A stretch of DNA of 58,774 nucleotides, the filler included, from Asterionella formosa (lineage: Eukaryota): the NCBI GenBank assembly GCA_002256025.1. It is 4 parts of 4 records of this genome, joined end to end, with 100 filler letters (N's around TTAATTAATTAA, not from the genome) between each part and the next. Parts side by side here need not be neighbours in the genome. Positions count along the whole stretch, not along the records: positions 1 to 14,626 come from NKIB01005879.1; 3 more parts are not named here. The stretch is one strand, 5' to 3'. A program made the position numbers and the translations under genes. The notes under the pieces are model-generated. The model saw only the letters and a program-made list of their open reading frames with translations, did not search any database and was not told the DNA's origin. Numbering within the stretch: position 1 is the first letter of the stretch; every line of letters begins with the position of its first letter. Of the stretch, positions 1 to 11,862 are shown one piece after another.

Positions 1-557
1 TTCATCATGTCAAGAACATGATAGATGAGGGTGAGTTGCATATTGTTTTTCTAAGATCAGAAAACAATCCAGCAGACATTTTGACGAAGAATGTCAAAGA
101 GCAGATTTTTACAAGGTTATCTGGACCCGTGCTGAGTGGTACAATTTTAGAACTTCTTGAACATGGTAACGAGGAGGATGTCAAGAATATAGCATCAATG
201 GCTATAATGAGTCACAAGGACTGTGGACTCGACTATAGTCCAATGAGTCAAATGGTGCGTTCCCATGTCAAGAAGCTTGCTAACGAGATTGATGTCTTAG
301 ATCAATCAGAAGAAGGTTTACATCAACGAAAAGGGAACACGAAGAACAGGTTCTCGAAGTGTGATGAATGGGATTGAAACTTAGTTTTAGTTTAATCTTA
401 TAATTAAGAAACAGTGAGAATTGACAGAGTAAGGTCAATAGCGAAAACTAGCACGAAGGCTAGCAGCAGAAAGAAGATAACAATACTAGTGGTATAGCAG
501 GTAAGTTCTACGTAAGAGGAACCCGTCAGACGGGAAGGAGTACGAGACCTTTCAACA
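1..557 (+). mobile_element. Ty1/Copia LTR retrotransposon family A, 3' end (RNase H C-terminus, PPT and 3' LTR), cut by the contig start
   Basis: ORF 18-377 contains the Copia RNase H tail SENNPADILTKN. The purine tract GAGGAGGA is followed by TGTCAAGA at 179, and the LTR ends TTTCAACA at 557. A near-identical copy lies at 57897-58774 on the minus strand. Confidence 0.92.
179..557 (+). repeat. 379-bp LTR of Copia family A
   Basis: TG...CA ends, directly after the PPT. Identity with the second copy stops exactly at the terminal CA. Confidence 0.9.
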
Positions 558-1138
558 AATATTATGGGCTCCCTATTTCCTGATAGACCACCGGTATACC
601 CGGTACATTCGGTGTGTCCTTGGTCCACCAGGTACCAGGTACCTGGTACGTAATTTAGTCCTATGCGCTATCATACCGGTATTTTTACGTTCCCGCTATA
701 TACTGGTACTTAGTAACTGTACATACGTATATTCCTTGATGTTGATGGATATACGATGCTCGCCTGGTGGCTTGGCCACATCTCGTCCGTCCTTGCCCGT
801 CACAAAATTACCGATTGCTTAGCTATACCATAGAATGTACCGGGTACGGGTAACTTGTACCTGGTACTCCGATAAGTTTTATTATGATTATTATATGACA
901 TACCGGTAGTCTACATAGTATTTTGTAATCATAAGCTAAATCAAAAGATTACCGGGTATGGCCCCTCGACCACCGAGAATCGTCGTCGAACTGTTCTCGT
1001 CGTGCAAAATACTGTACTGTCATTACAACATTTGCTATTAAAACCAAAAGTTCAATTCTTGGTTATTGTTCGTACAGAGAAGCGACATTTCCGAATCGAG
1101 ACAAACGTACCGCTGCGAGTCTAAACTAACATAGAGGA

Positions 1139-2575
1139 ATGAATTCTTATTCCTGGTCAGCGTTGCTCCCCACGCTATACACCGTGTTGTTGTTCAGCAC
1201 CTCGCAGGCATTTCAAACACCACTGAAAGCCACGCATGGTGAAAGGAGTTCGCCAAGGTTACAAATTGGATACAGTACAGCGTCGGTGCCGTTCAGAATA
1301 CAGTCTAGAACGACGCGATTGTTCCAATCCTCCGATCCATTGGGTCCACAAATTGTTGCAGTCGCCGCCAAGCCACGAAAGAAGAATCTCAAAACATTCA
1401 ATCGATACCTAGAAGTGGAATGCTGGAAGAGAAGTGAACTTCGCGATCTGGAACGAGTTCTGCAAGCTGTCAGCGATGCTTGCAAGCAAATAAATCGAAT
1501 TGTGCAACGAGCTCAGACGGACGACTTGTATGGCGTTGCTCTCGGTGTGGATGGAAAGCCAATGGAAGAAACGAATGTACAGGGAGAAGTGCAACAGCAA
1601 CTTGATGTACTTTGCAACACAATCATGCTCCGTGCCTTTTGTGGATGTAGCAACGCAATTTGTGCTGTTGCATCGGAGGAGGAAGACGAACCCCGGTCCT
1701 GTGCTGATGTCATGGTAAGTTCAGCTAGGAAACTGGTGTAGCATCGCGCCCTTTCGTTACTCATCGCCTACCACCAGAATGACTCTGCGTTTGCTGTTGG
1801 TGACTATGTTGCAGTCTTTGACCCTCTAGATGGATCGAAAAATATTGACGCATCTCTTCCTGTTGGAAGTATCTTTGGGATCTACAAGAAACAACCTGGA
1901 AAGGATGGCAGCACTTTTCTCCAGAATGGCTCTGGCCTAGTCGCTGCTGGATATTGTCTTTTCTCGTAAGTTGCGAAATTTCAATGGCACGAATTATATG
2001 CTTCTGGCTTGCTCAAACTTCCTCTCGTGTCCAGTGCGACAACAGTGCTAGTATTGACCCTTGGATCAGGAGTGGACGGTTTTACTTTAGACCCGGACAA
2101 AGGTGTTTTTCTCCATACTCATCCCGATCTTCGTATTCCACCTTCTGGTCCCATTTACAGCTTCAACGAAGCCAACTTTCACGATTTCTCAGAACCAGTC
2201 AAGCGTTACTTGAATGCTCTGAAAGACGGATCTAGCTCTGTAGGAGTACGATCGAATGCACGATACATTGGTGCGCTAGTCGCTGATGTGCACAATATCC
2301 TCATCAATGGAGGAATATATGGCTATCCAGCAACCAGAAAGAATCAGGATGGAAAACTTCGATTGCTCTATGAATCGGCTCCCATGTCAATGATCATGGA
2401 GCAAGCAGGAGGTGCCGGATCCACCGGAAAAGGACGAATCTTGAATGTCCTTCCCACCAAGATACACGAACGAGTACCAACTTTCCTTGGAAGTATTGAA
2501 AATGTCTTCGAATTGGATCAGTTTCACAAATACTATGGAGAAGTGGATGAAAGTGATATCGATTATGATGCATAG
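1139..2575 (+). CDS. FBP: Plastid-targeted class I fructose-1,6-bisphosphatase; exons 1139-1714, 1778-1965, 2035-2575
   Basis: Motifs [27 protein letters not shown] (exon 2, read manually), [19 protein letters not shown]. Two GTAAG...CAG introns restore the frame. Signal peptide ends SQA-F (ASAFAP-like). Confidence 0.93.
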
Positions 2576-2711
2576 ATATGGAAGATATTAGTGGCCACTT
2601 AATTTTATAGAGGGGTCATTGATGGCATGTTCTTAACTTTCTTTACTATTTTCAAATTTTCACATATTAAAATACAGACAGGCAACAGGGATTCCAAAGC
2701 ATCCTATGTAT

Positions 2712-4136
2712 TCAACTCTTTGGCGAATGATTTCCTAACAAAAATCCAATGGATCTGGTAACTCGAGCAACCGGAACGGCTTTTGGTGGAGTTGTATATT
2801 CTTGTTTTGTCGATGTTGCCTCCAATGTTATCCCTTTCGTTTCTTCGCCAACAGTCTTATGCCTACGCCGAGTTGGTGGACCCATTGAAGCGAAAATTCC
2901 TGCCTGTGGGGGAAGAGGTTCTTCCTTTGTTGCTATGGCTTTAATGACTGTTGGAACCTTTTCATTTCCATCAATGATGTCTTGAAGCGTGGCCTTGACC
3001 AGCTTTAAGGAAGGTCGATTGACAGGATGAGATGACCAGCACTTCTTGAGGAGCCATTGGAGATTCAGAGGAAACCAACATGTGTTGGGATCGTCCAATC
3101 GAGGTCGTTCGCCACCCATGACAACTTGCTGCATATGTTTTCCACTGCTGTAGCCAAAAAAGGGCTTTGCCATTGCACAAATCTCCCAAAGGAGAATACC
3201 AAAGGAGTAAACGTCAACAGAAATATCATATGCAATTTCCTTTGCTACCTCTGGTGCCATGTATCGTCGACTTCCTGTGTTTCCAGTCATAGTGTACATG
3301 CCGTCTGGACACTTGTTGATAGGTTTCAGTTCCTTGGCTAAACCAAAATCAAAGAGCTTGAGATTTCCGTCCTTGTCGAAACCAACGTTATCGGGCTTCA
3401 GGTCTCGGAAAATAATGTTTTTACTCTTTAGGTACAGCATGGCGTCGACAACGTCCATTGCAGACTTCAAACGCTCATTGAGTGCCGCCTTGCGCTTCTC
3501 GCGAAAATCATGTGATCGTCGGTAGATAATGCCTCTTGATGTAAGCTTCTCTGACTCCAACTTCCACTTCTCAATTCTTTGCTCGAGCGTGTCATAGAGC
3601 CTATCAATAACAATAAAAAACCCACATTCTTTGCCAGTAGCGACATTGGTTTCCACAGAACCGGCAGTGACACCATGCAGTTTGACAATGTTCGGATGAT
3701 CCAATTTCGCTAAAAAATAAGCTTCGACGGCCAAGTCTGCTGCTCCAAGTTCAAAGTTATGCTGATTGACCATAACCTTCCTCTTCAAGTACTTGACTGC
3801 AAAGGTCTGACCTTGCTCCTCTCCTGACTTCAAGACAACTTCGTGAACAACAGCAAAGCCACCTTCGCCTAGTTTCTTCCCGATCACCAAATCATTACAA
3901 TCCAATTTACAAAAGTCAGGACTGCCTTGGAAGATCTGAGAGTTCTCGGATAGTTTCGTGATGGCATTGCAAGCTGCTCGTCCAGCTGCTCTAGCCGCAC
4001 ACGGGCAGACTCGGCCATACGCGGCGCAAGCATTGGCGCACCGTTCACTGAGATCACAAGTATTCTTTGTGTCACTGGCGGCTTCTCCAACATCACATGC
4101 TGGATTTGTGCACAAACGAGTAGCGGATGAAACCAT
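2712..4136 (-). CDS. Protein kinase (TKL-like)
   Basis: LGEGGF, AVK, FRDLKPDN, DFG, YMAPE and DVYSFG motifs in a single 474-aa ORF. Confidence 0.95.
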   Translation of the reverse strand: MVSSATRLCTNPACDVGEAASDTKNTCDLSERCANACAAYGRVCPCAARAAGRAACNAITKLSENSQIFQGSPDFCKLDCNDLVIGKKLGEGGFAVVHEVVLKSGEEQGQTFAVKYLKRKVMVNQHNFELGAADLAVEAYFLAKLDHPNIVKLHGVTAGSVETNVATGKECGFFIVIDRLYDTLEQRIEKWKLESEKLTSRGIIYRRSHDFREKRKAALNERLKSAMDVVDAMLYLKSKNIIFRDLKPDNVGFDKDGNLKLFDFGLAKELKPINKCPDGMYTMTGNTGSRRYMAPEVAKEIAYDISVDVYSFGILLWEICAMAKPFFGYSSGKHMQQVVMGGERPRLDDPNTCWFPLNLQWLLKKCWSSHPVNRPSLKLVKATLQDIIDGNEKVPTVIKAIATKEEPLPPQAGIFASMGPPTRRRHKTVGEETKGITLEATSTKQEYTTPPKAVPVARVTRSIGFLLGNHSPKS

Positions 4137-7100
4137 GATTGACTTGAGCGTTCTTGATTTGTGAGCGATCTATTGCTGAAGTGATGCCCTGATATAATTC
4201 CTGGATTGAATACAGTTCGAACACTTGATGAATGCAATTACCGGTAAGAGGAGTCTACTTCTTCGTTCTTTATGTACCTGGTACTACGGCTGTGGTAGTG
4301 GTGAACATCAGGTTGGTGTCAAGTTAAAACAGTCGGGAGGCCAAGAATCTCATTAGCTCGCAGCGGTTGCCCCGTGTTGCTGTGCGAGATGGGTACAGTA
4401 CCAGGTACAGTACAGAACTTTTGTCCCTTTGGTGCGTAGTACACAACAGTACGTAGACGTTCACGGCTGTTTTTAGAGTTCGCTTATGATTTCTTTCATG
4501 TCATATCTTCCAAGAATGTTGCGGTAAATGAGATATTTAGCTTTGTTTTCCTTGTAGTAAAAACGTGTTACTGCAACTCCCAGTAAGTACCAGGTACCCT
4601 GTTGTTACTTGTTAAAATCAAACCAAGTTGTATTTTTCCGTGCATATGTACGAAAAGTCACGTATAAAACCTGTGTTTCATCTAAAATCGACCTCGTATC
4701 ACGTTTTCCGCCTCTCATTCAACTCTCTCAGTGTGATACTACCAGGAACCAGGTTTACGATTTCTTGCTGTGTATTGGAGCCTTCATGTTTAATGCCTTC
4801 TCTGAGCTCAAATTTGTTTTGAAGAACTAAAAGTTGCGCATACTTTTCAAGAAGTACATGAACTTCGTAAAAGAATGTGCGACTACAATTTTGCATGATA
4901 TTTGGACAATAGACAGTGAGGTCTGTGCACAATTCACATAAGGAATTTTCCACATAAAGAGGAAGAACGAAGTTTCCCATACCTCCCTGAGAATTTAAAA
5001 AACATAGACCGTATTTTTCAGTAATTGATCATGGTACTACCTTACAGTACTGTACTACTGGGTGTTCAACAAAGAAAAAAATTAAGCAACCCTGTTGGAT
5101 TGACAGTTGATTTGTCACATGCAACCTTTTGTGCTTCAAACGTTTGTTGATAAAATGGGCAATTGAAAGTCATTTTAAAAAGAATCAAAATCAGTCTTTT
5201 GTTTTCTTAGCTAAATAGATATTGTTTTCATGATGCCAATCGAGTGAAGCAAAATGAGGGGTTGATCACTGCATTTCGATTTTCAACTTCTTCATCACTC
5301 AGCAAATCTTGGCAGGAGCATTCAAGACTTATGCATTCAAAATGCTGCCAAGATTTACCAAGAAATGAAGAAGTCAAAAATCGCAAAGCACATCGATTTC
5401 TTAATTTCGGAGATTCATCACTCATATTTATGTTCATAGAAACCTTCATAGGCTAATTTTTCCCTGTGATCACAAGACGGTAAAGCTGGCACAGTGAATA
5501 ATACAACTTCACCATTAATATCACAATGTCACACACCTCTGGAATCGCGATAAGTGTCCACCATTTGTCTTGATTACTTCGTCTTTTGTCTTGCAGCACC
5601 TCACAGGTTGATTGTAGTGTTTAGGCAGTTGCCTGGAGCTGAGGGAATTATGCACAGTGTCAACAATGTGAAAATCAAACAGGAGAGTAAATTTCCAACA
5701 GAAAGTGACGAGCAACCGATCGGAAATTGTTGCACAGCTTTATCCACCAGAATCTCAATCAGTTGTCATTTTCATTCCTCTTCTTTCCTGTGAAAGCCGC
5801 GATAACAATGATATGGTGAGGATTGGGTTGTTTTGAAAGAAAACTGGCATATTGAAGTCTAAGAAGCATCCTGCAAGGCGGACATCGGCGATCAGAAAAG
5901 GAACCAATCGGCGATAATTTCAAGCAAAGGGGAAGCAACAAACTGGTAGTTCAATGGACAGTCGCAGTGATGGAGGTGTGGAAAATTGCGATTCGCAGAT
6001 GGATTGTTCAGAGATCAATTTTTGAAAATGCCATTGCATGCAAATCGCCTAGCAAATGGCCTAAAGATCTGACAGATCATCAAAAAGACTCAATACATAT
6101 GATTGTATCTAATCATCAATTCCTATAGTTTGTTATCATTATACTTTTTCATTATTTCACCAACGCAACAGAAATCACCACGATTGTAGATCAGCTGGTT
6201 GATGTAACATTGCTAGTCGTTTTCTCGTGTTCTGTTGTGCTCAAGGGGTATCTTAATGGCCGAATTTTCCCAAAATAAAGACAGGAGTAACATGAAGTGC
6301 TTTAGGTATTTGTTGAGAGGCTCCACTAAAACTTTGGTGAAACTCGAAAAAGAAGTTTTACCTATAGGATAAACAGGCTATAACAACACAGAAAATACAA
6401 ACGTTTGACTACGGTAAAGGTTGCATGTGCTACTCCCTTTTTGATTGAAAAGTCAATTCTTATTCTTTGTCGGAGAAAGACCAATATGAAATAAATATAT
6501 GCACCTGCGGTCATTTTGCTGAAATAGACAACGTGACGACGGACAGGCGCTCAAAACGACTAAATAGAGAACGTCATCAGCTCTCTCTTTGAGTCGACAG
6601 TATCACAATTTGTTAGTGTACGTAAAAAATTTTCGTCTGCGCACGGAAACGTCAAAACGAGGCAAATGGCTCAAAAAGGAAATAGAAAATGACAATGACT
6701 GAGGCAACAGAAGGGCAACCCAAACCAAAGTAAGCCAATCTTGCTTATGTTGCTTTGTTCTCTCCAAACTCAAAATCGTTTTGAAACAACTTCCAATAAT
6801 GAACGGTTCTATATCATTTAGTAGCTCGAAGAAGAATTGTTTCCAATAGGTAAAATAGGCTAAAACAACCCGGCTTTTACAATCGCTTTACTACATTTGG
6901 TAAATCCGGTCACATGGAGCACTTCTTGTGGTGCGCAGATATGACTGGTGCAACTTGAAGATAAATATAGTAGGAGACTTAGGCCTTAGTATTTATTTAT
7001 TTGAATTTAATAATTAAGAGTTCCTTTCATGATGAAATTTCCTGAATTGATCGATTGGCAACCAACATCATGAATGGCAACAAGCCTATCAATTAAACTT

Positions 7101-8327
7101 GATTGAGCAAATGCGTTCAGTTTGCATGCCCAATCAACAAATTTCGAGGGACCAAGCTTATTAAAATAAAAATGGGAAATTTTTTGAAAATTGAAGGGGA
7201 AGAAAATAAATGTTCCAACTGAAGAACAAAACACACAATTGTCTTACTTAAAATTGATTTAAACTGATTCTTTAGTTTATTTTTGCCATTCTTGTATCAT
7301 TTTATAAATGCACATTCCTCCAAATGTAGAGTTGATATATTCTATACGTGCTTTGCTTTTCGTTGTATTGAAGAACAAATACACATTATAGAATGTCATA
7401 AAGCTAATTGATGATGGAGTTGTAAATACAATTAGTTTTAATGATGACGAGAAGAGCAATTGAAATTCAATTAGAAATGAAGATTTCGACGTGAATTGTT
7501 GTTACTCAATTGCTGTATATTACAATTATGAGTCTATACCGATTATTATTATGACTATTATTAAAATGTTTTAGTTGATTGATGATTCATTATAGAACTT
7601 CTTGATCAAAGATTATTGACAGCGTAGACTTTATAAGCATAATAAAATACTCATATGTATGACATGTACCTATCATACATAAGCAAAGTGATGTGATCAT
7701 CATGCAGCGAAAAATTCTGTGCCACATATCATACAATACCCGTGACCTTGTAAATATGATATTTTTTATTTGGAGACACAGCCAGTCTTATCTTTATGCA
7801 ACAGAGACTTGAAGCAATCCACACGCGTGCTTCCAGTCATATAAGAAGTATTCCTATGAATATTGAATTTGATAGCTAGTATGAAAACAATAGCTAGACC
7901 TAAGGAGAGCAGATTAGCAATTTCAAAATTCTGTTGGCATCTCATTAAAAGAAATGTAAACACAAATTTACATTGATATTGTTTGATGTAGCATTGGTCC
8001 TTCCATGCAATGATCACAATTGCATCAGCAAGAATTTCTTCTTGTGGATACATTTGATATTAGATGCAACAATTCTAAAGATCTGTTTTTTCATGCCCCA
8101 AAATAAGTACTCTTTTTACCACGAAGGCAATTTGAGTGTAAAATTGATTTACATGTCATTTGTATCAGCAAAAATTGAGTCTAGTGCAATATCCTACTGT
8201 ATATTTACTTTGTTTGTACTGTTACTCCTTCCAAAGTTGCAGCACCATTTTGTGGAAAGAGCTGGTTCATTCTGAGAATTTTTTCAAAAAAATCACAATT
8301 TGATATAGTTTTTCAAATGGAAAGATT

Positions 8328-9887
8328 TCACCCAATGATTGACTTTGAATCTTTCACTAGCACCATCTTAGAAATGACACTATTTTCTTCAAACCATAAA
8401 TCTCCCAACCCAGGAGTACGAATCACCACACTTCCACTTCCTTGCTCATCTGCCTCGTCAAAGTCCACATGACCCTTTAGTAGGGGGTGATTGGATATCA
8501 GCCACTTGGCTTCTAACAAATGCACTGCTGTACTGCTTCGCCTTACTTGATATACACCTTGAAAGGGGTTATTGAGATCTTGGGCGAAATTGTAAAACAA
8601 AACATAAGTGGAGAACAAACAGGCAAAAAGTACTGAGCTTTCATTTGGGGGATTCCCAGGTGTATCAACTGATGGCAAAATGTTGATGGAGTATCCCACA
8701 AGAATGAGCATTGTAAGTACCGACAAGATAAAAAAGTGAGTTGGTGGTAGTGCCAGCGATTCTTTACTCAGACGTGCAGCTCGGAGAATGTGAAGCTCCT
8801 TGATAGTATCACGGCAAGAGCCAATCAATGCCTGTTCCTTAGTGTGAGGGCACAGTATTAATTCACTGGTATAGATCATTCTCTCAATAAGACTTACCCC
8901 TTTGCCATCTAAGTATGAGTTTCCTTCAGCAAGAAACATTTCCTCTTTTTGATCAATCAAATCTCTAATTCGAGCAAATGGATCTGAGTACATCATCATC
9001 ATGAGTTCACCACCTCTACTTCCACGTACCAATGTTCGAATATGAATGGCTGCACATTGGGCTGCTTCAATAGCGAGATCTTGGTCCCTCCGAAACAGGC
9101 ACAACAAGTCCCGAACTATCAAAGTGACCATGGCACTTTCCTTTGACACATCTTCTTGAATGCTTTGCAGTCGGTTGTATAATATTGACAATGTCAATGA
9201 GACAAAAGTTCCATAAAGGATAGAGATACCAGGGCCAAATTTTCCCACAATCTCCTCTAGTTGTGCAGGTGGCATGGTCACAAAGGTATCAAGGAACCGG
9301 ACAATAAAGGGAAAGGAGTAGTAAGGTACAACCAAGCTAATAATTCTGGCGGGGGTTCCGATCCAAAAGGTATCTACTGTAGATGATCTTGGTGGTGAGA
9401 GGTCCTCTAGAGTGGGAGGTTTTGCTAGGTTTTCTGGATTGAATGCCTCCGGCTTTGCATAGGCTCTATCATTTAATAACCGGGTCCTCTTCTGGGAAGT
9501 TGAAACCTGAAACATGCTCCAATCTTGGGAAGTCAAGGAGGACAAGAATGCGGCCAATATTTTTCTCGGTTCAAATGCTTTTTGGGGTAGTAAATCTGGA
9601 TCCATTCCTTGCTGTGTCTTGTACTTGGTTGACACAAATGAATCATTTCCTGTGTACCCGGTTTGGTCTCTATAAGCAAAGGACGGAAAATCCACAAACC
9701 GAGGCGACCTTTCTTTGATCTTCTGTTGGAATGTCTCCTCAGGAGAATTTTTCTTTTGTTCGCCGTCTTGCATCTTCGAGGAAAAGATCCGAAAGGTAGG
9801 GCACCTGCTGTGACTGGGGACATTCCTGCATTTTGGAAGGTGAAATCCTGAACTCAAACTGACAAAACACAAGTAGAGAATCACCAT
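8328..9887 (-). CDS. Multi-pass membrane protein, DUF4239/bestrophin-like, probably plastid-targeted
   Basis: Long ORF with about four hydrophobic segments and a C-terminal DLNNPFQGVYQV motif. Probable start MVILYLCFVSLSSG-F. An in-frame 66-nt GTAAGT...CAG intron is likely at 8897-8832. The family call is by motif recall only. Confidence 0.7.
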   Translation of the reverse strand: MVILYLCFVSLSSGFHLPKCRNVPSHSRCPTFRIFSSKMQDGEQKKNSPEETFQQKIKERSPRFVDFPSFAYRDQTGYTGNDSFVSTKYKTQQGMDPDLLPQKAFEPRKILAAFLSSLTSQDWSMFQVSTSQKRTRLLNDRAYAKPEAFNPENLAKPPTLEDLSPPRSSTVDTFWIGTPARIISLVVPYYSFPFIVRFLDTFVTMPPAQLEEIVGKFGPGISILYGTFVSLTLSILYNRLQSIQEDVSKESAMVTLIVRDLLCLFRRDQDLAIEAAQCAAIHIRTLVRGSRGGELMMMMYSDPFARIRDLIDQKEEMFLAEGNSYLDGKGVSLIERMIYTSELILCPHTKEQALIGSCRDTIKELHILRAARLSKESLALPPTHFFILSVLTMLILVGYSINILPSVDTPGNPPNESSVLFACLFSTYVLFYNFAQDLNNPFQGVYQVRRSSTAVHLLEAKWLISNHPLLKGHVDFDEADEQGSGSVVIRTPGLGDLWFEENSVISKMVLVKDSKSIIG

Positions 9888-10487
9888 TGAACTCTGATTG
9901 TGGCCGTGCTTGGCGTTTTGCATCTCCTCACAACCGGTACCAGGTGCGTGTTTGTCAAATGTAACAACTCGTTCGGTTTGATTTGGTAGGAATTTTTTGT
10001 TTTGTTTTATTGCACCTGGCTGATGATGTACGTGACGGAAGGCCAAATGTTTTAAACATTTGCAGGTGGTACCTGGTACCCTGGTACTATGATGTATCAG
10101 TATTATGTTGCAGACCAATACTTTGTACATAAAATACCGGTATGCAAATGTGATATTCCCATACCGGTATGCTGGAACAGCAACTGCCTTTCACCGGAAC
10201 CTGATACTGGTAAAACCGGTTACATACATAGAATCAAAATCAAAAATCCCAATTATCGTTACTGGTACCGTGTGCGTCTAAAAGATCAGTTGGAAGAGAG
10301 GAAAATTCAATTCAACAAACTTTCGAGGAGACAAGGGAGCGAGCGAAGTATTTGCAGGAAAAGGCAGTCGAACAAGTCGGTAATTGAGTCGCAGTAGCTT
10401 CAACAAAATCAATACAGGGCTCAGCCCATAGATACAGAGACCTTGTTCCAGACAGAATCATATTCCGGTAGTTCGAAAATCAGAGAG

Positions 10488-11486
10488 ATGGGAGCGTCTA
10501 CAGAATGGACAATTGGCGTGAGTGAAAGCTGCAGCCATATGCACCTGTCGATAACCAAAACAGCGCTCTATTGTGTTGCTTTGTCGACTTGCTTCGTTGG
10601 ATCCCTTTACGCTTTGGTACCTTCAAGGATTAGACGTTTGGATCGAGATAATATTCAGCAAATTCGAGGACGCATGTTTGCTGTATCAATGGTCAGTCTT
10701 GTGTCAACTTTGACCTATCCGTTGGTGTTTTGCAACATCGCTATGGAAGGCATTGAAGGTAGCCCATCAGCTTTGGAATTCATGGGTTGGAAATGGCACC
10801 TTCGAACTGTTTTGGGGGTTCTAGCTCACACCGCTTCTCTCTACTTTGGATCAATTGCTACTATGCTGGTTCAAGTGATTGATCGTCATGCACGAAGCCC
10901 AGCTGATACGAGCTTCTCCGCAATTTTCTTTTCTGCCTTTATCAAGCCAGTAGTTTCTCCTTATTTCGATCCTTTTGACGAATCTGAACGATGGAGTCAG
11001 ATCCGAAACATCATTATGGCTCCACTTACCGAAGAAATTGTCTTTCGTGGATGCATGATGTCACCACTATTGGCCAGTGGCCTTGGGCCAATCGGAGCAA
11101 CATTTATTGCTCCTCTCTTCTTTGGGGTGGCCCACGCCCATCATGCTATATTAAAGCTCCAAGGAGGCGCGAAACCAGCGCATGTCATTGTTTTAACTGC
11201 CTTCCAGTTCACTTACACGTCTCTATTTGGGAGTTATGCTGCTCATGTATTTATTCGAACTGGCTCAATTCCTGCTGTATTCCTTTCGCATTCATTTTGT
11301 AATTCAATGGGACTTCCTGACTTGTCGTTTTTGTACAAAACAGGGGGCCGTTATTCTAGCCTCTACCAATTTCGATTTTTCCTCTTGATTTCCTATCTCA
11401 TCGGCGTAATTACCTTCGTTTGGGGCATCAGGAGTGACATGCTATTACCCCTTCCAAGCCGGCTACCAGAATTGATAAGCGTTTGA
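10488..11486 (+). CDS. RCE1: CAAX prenyl protease 2 (Rce1/Abi family)
   Basis: APLTEEIVFRG, FFGVAHAHH and HSFCNSMGLP motifs, plus multiple transmembrane segments. Confidence 0.9.
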   Translation: MGASTEWTIGVSESCSHMHLSITKTALYCVALSTCFVGSLYALVPSRIRRLDRDNIQQIRGRMFAVSMVSLVSTLTYPLVFCNIAMEGIEGSPSALEFMGWKWHLRTVLGVLAHTASLYFGSIATMLVQVIDRHARSPADTSFSAIFFSAFIKPVVSPYFDPFDESERWSQIRNIIMAPLTEEIVFRGCMMSPLLASGLGPIGATFIAPLFFGVAHAHHAILKLQGGAKPAHVIVLTAFQFTYTSLFGSYAAHVFIRTGSIPAVFLSHSFCNSMGLPDLSFLYKTGGRYSSLYQFRFFLLISYLIGVITFVWGIRSDMLLPLPSRLPELISV

Positions 11487-11862
11487 CATCAACTAAAAAT
11501 AGATCGCTGTCTACTATTGCACTCTCAGATTCCAATAAAGGCAACAGCATGTGATAACAATTGGCCCAAAATACTTCAAACAGTGGCGTTCTTCACGATC
11601 CAGGCAGCGTTGCGTTTCACTTGAATTTCCTACCGAATGAATGGACTTATAGATGTTCTGGCCTTGCAGTGAACGCGTCAACCACAAATCAATTGGGATG
11701 ATCCTGTGCAATCATACTTGATGCAACTGACTATGACGGCCAGGTTCATATTGAGTTTGCAGCATAAAGGAGAAAATAAAGGCAATCCTATCAATGTTGA
11801 TAAATAACAGACTAACGGTCTACAGGAGGGACACTAAATCATCAGGGCAGCGTACGCACGAA

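Noticed and set aside
4600..8300. Short ORFs in the AT-rich region between the kinase and the membrane protein
   Set aside because: No recognisable motifs or consistent frame; probably decayed repeats that I cannot classify.
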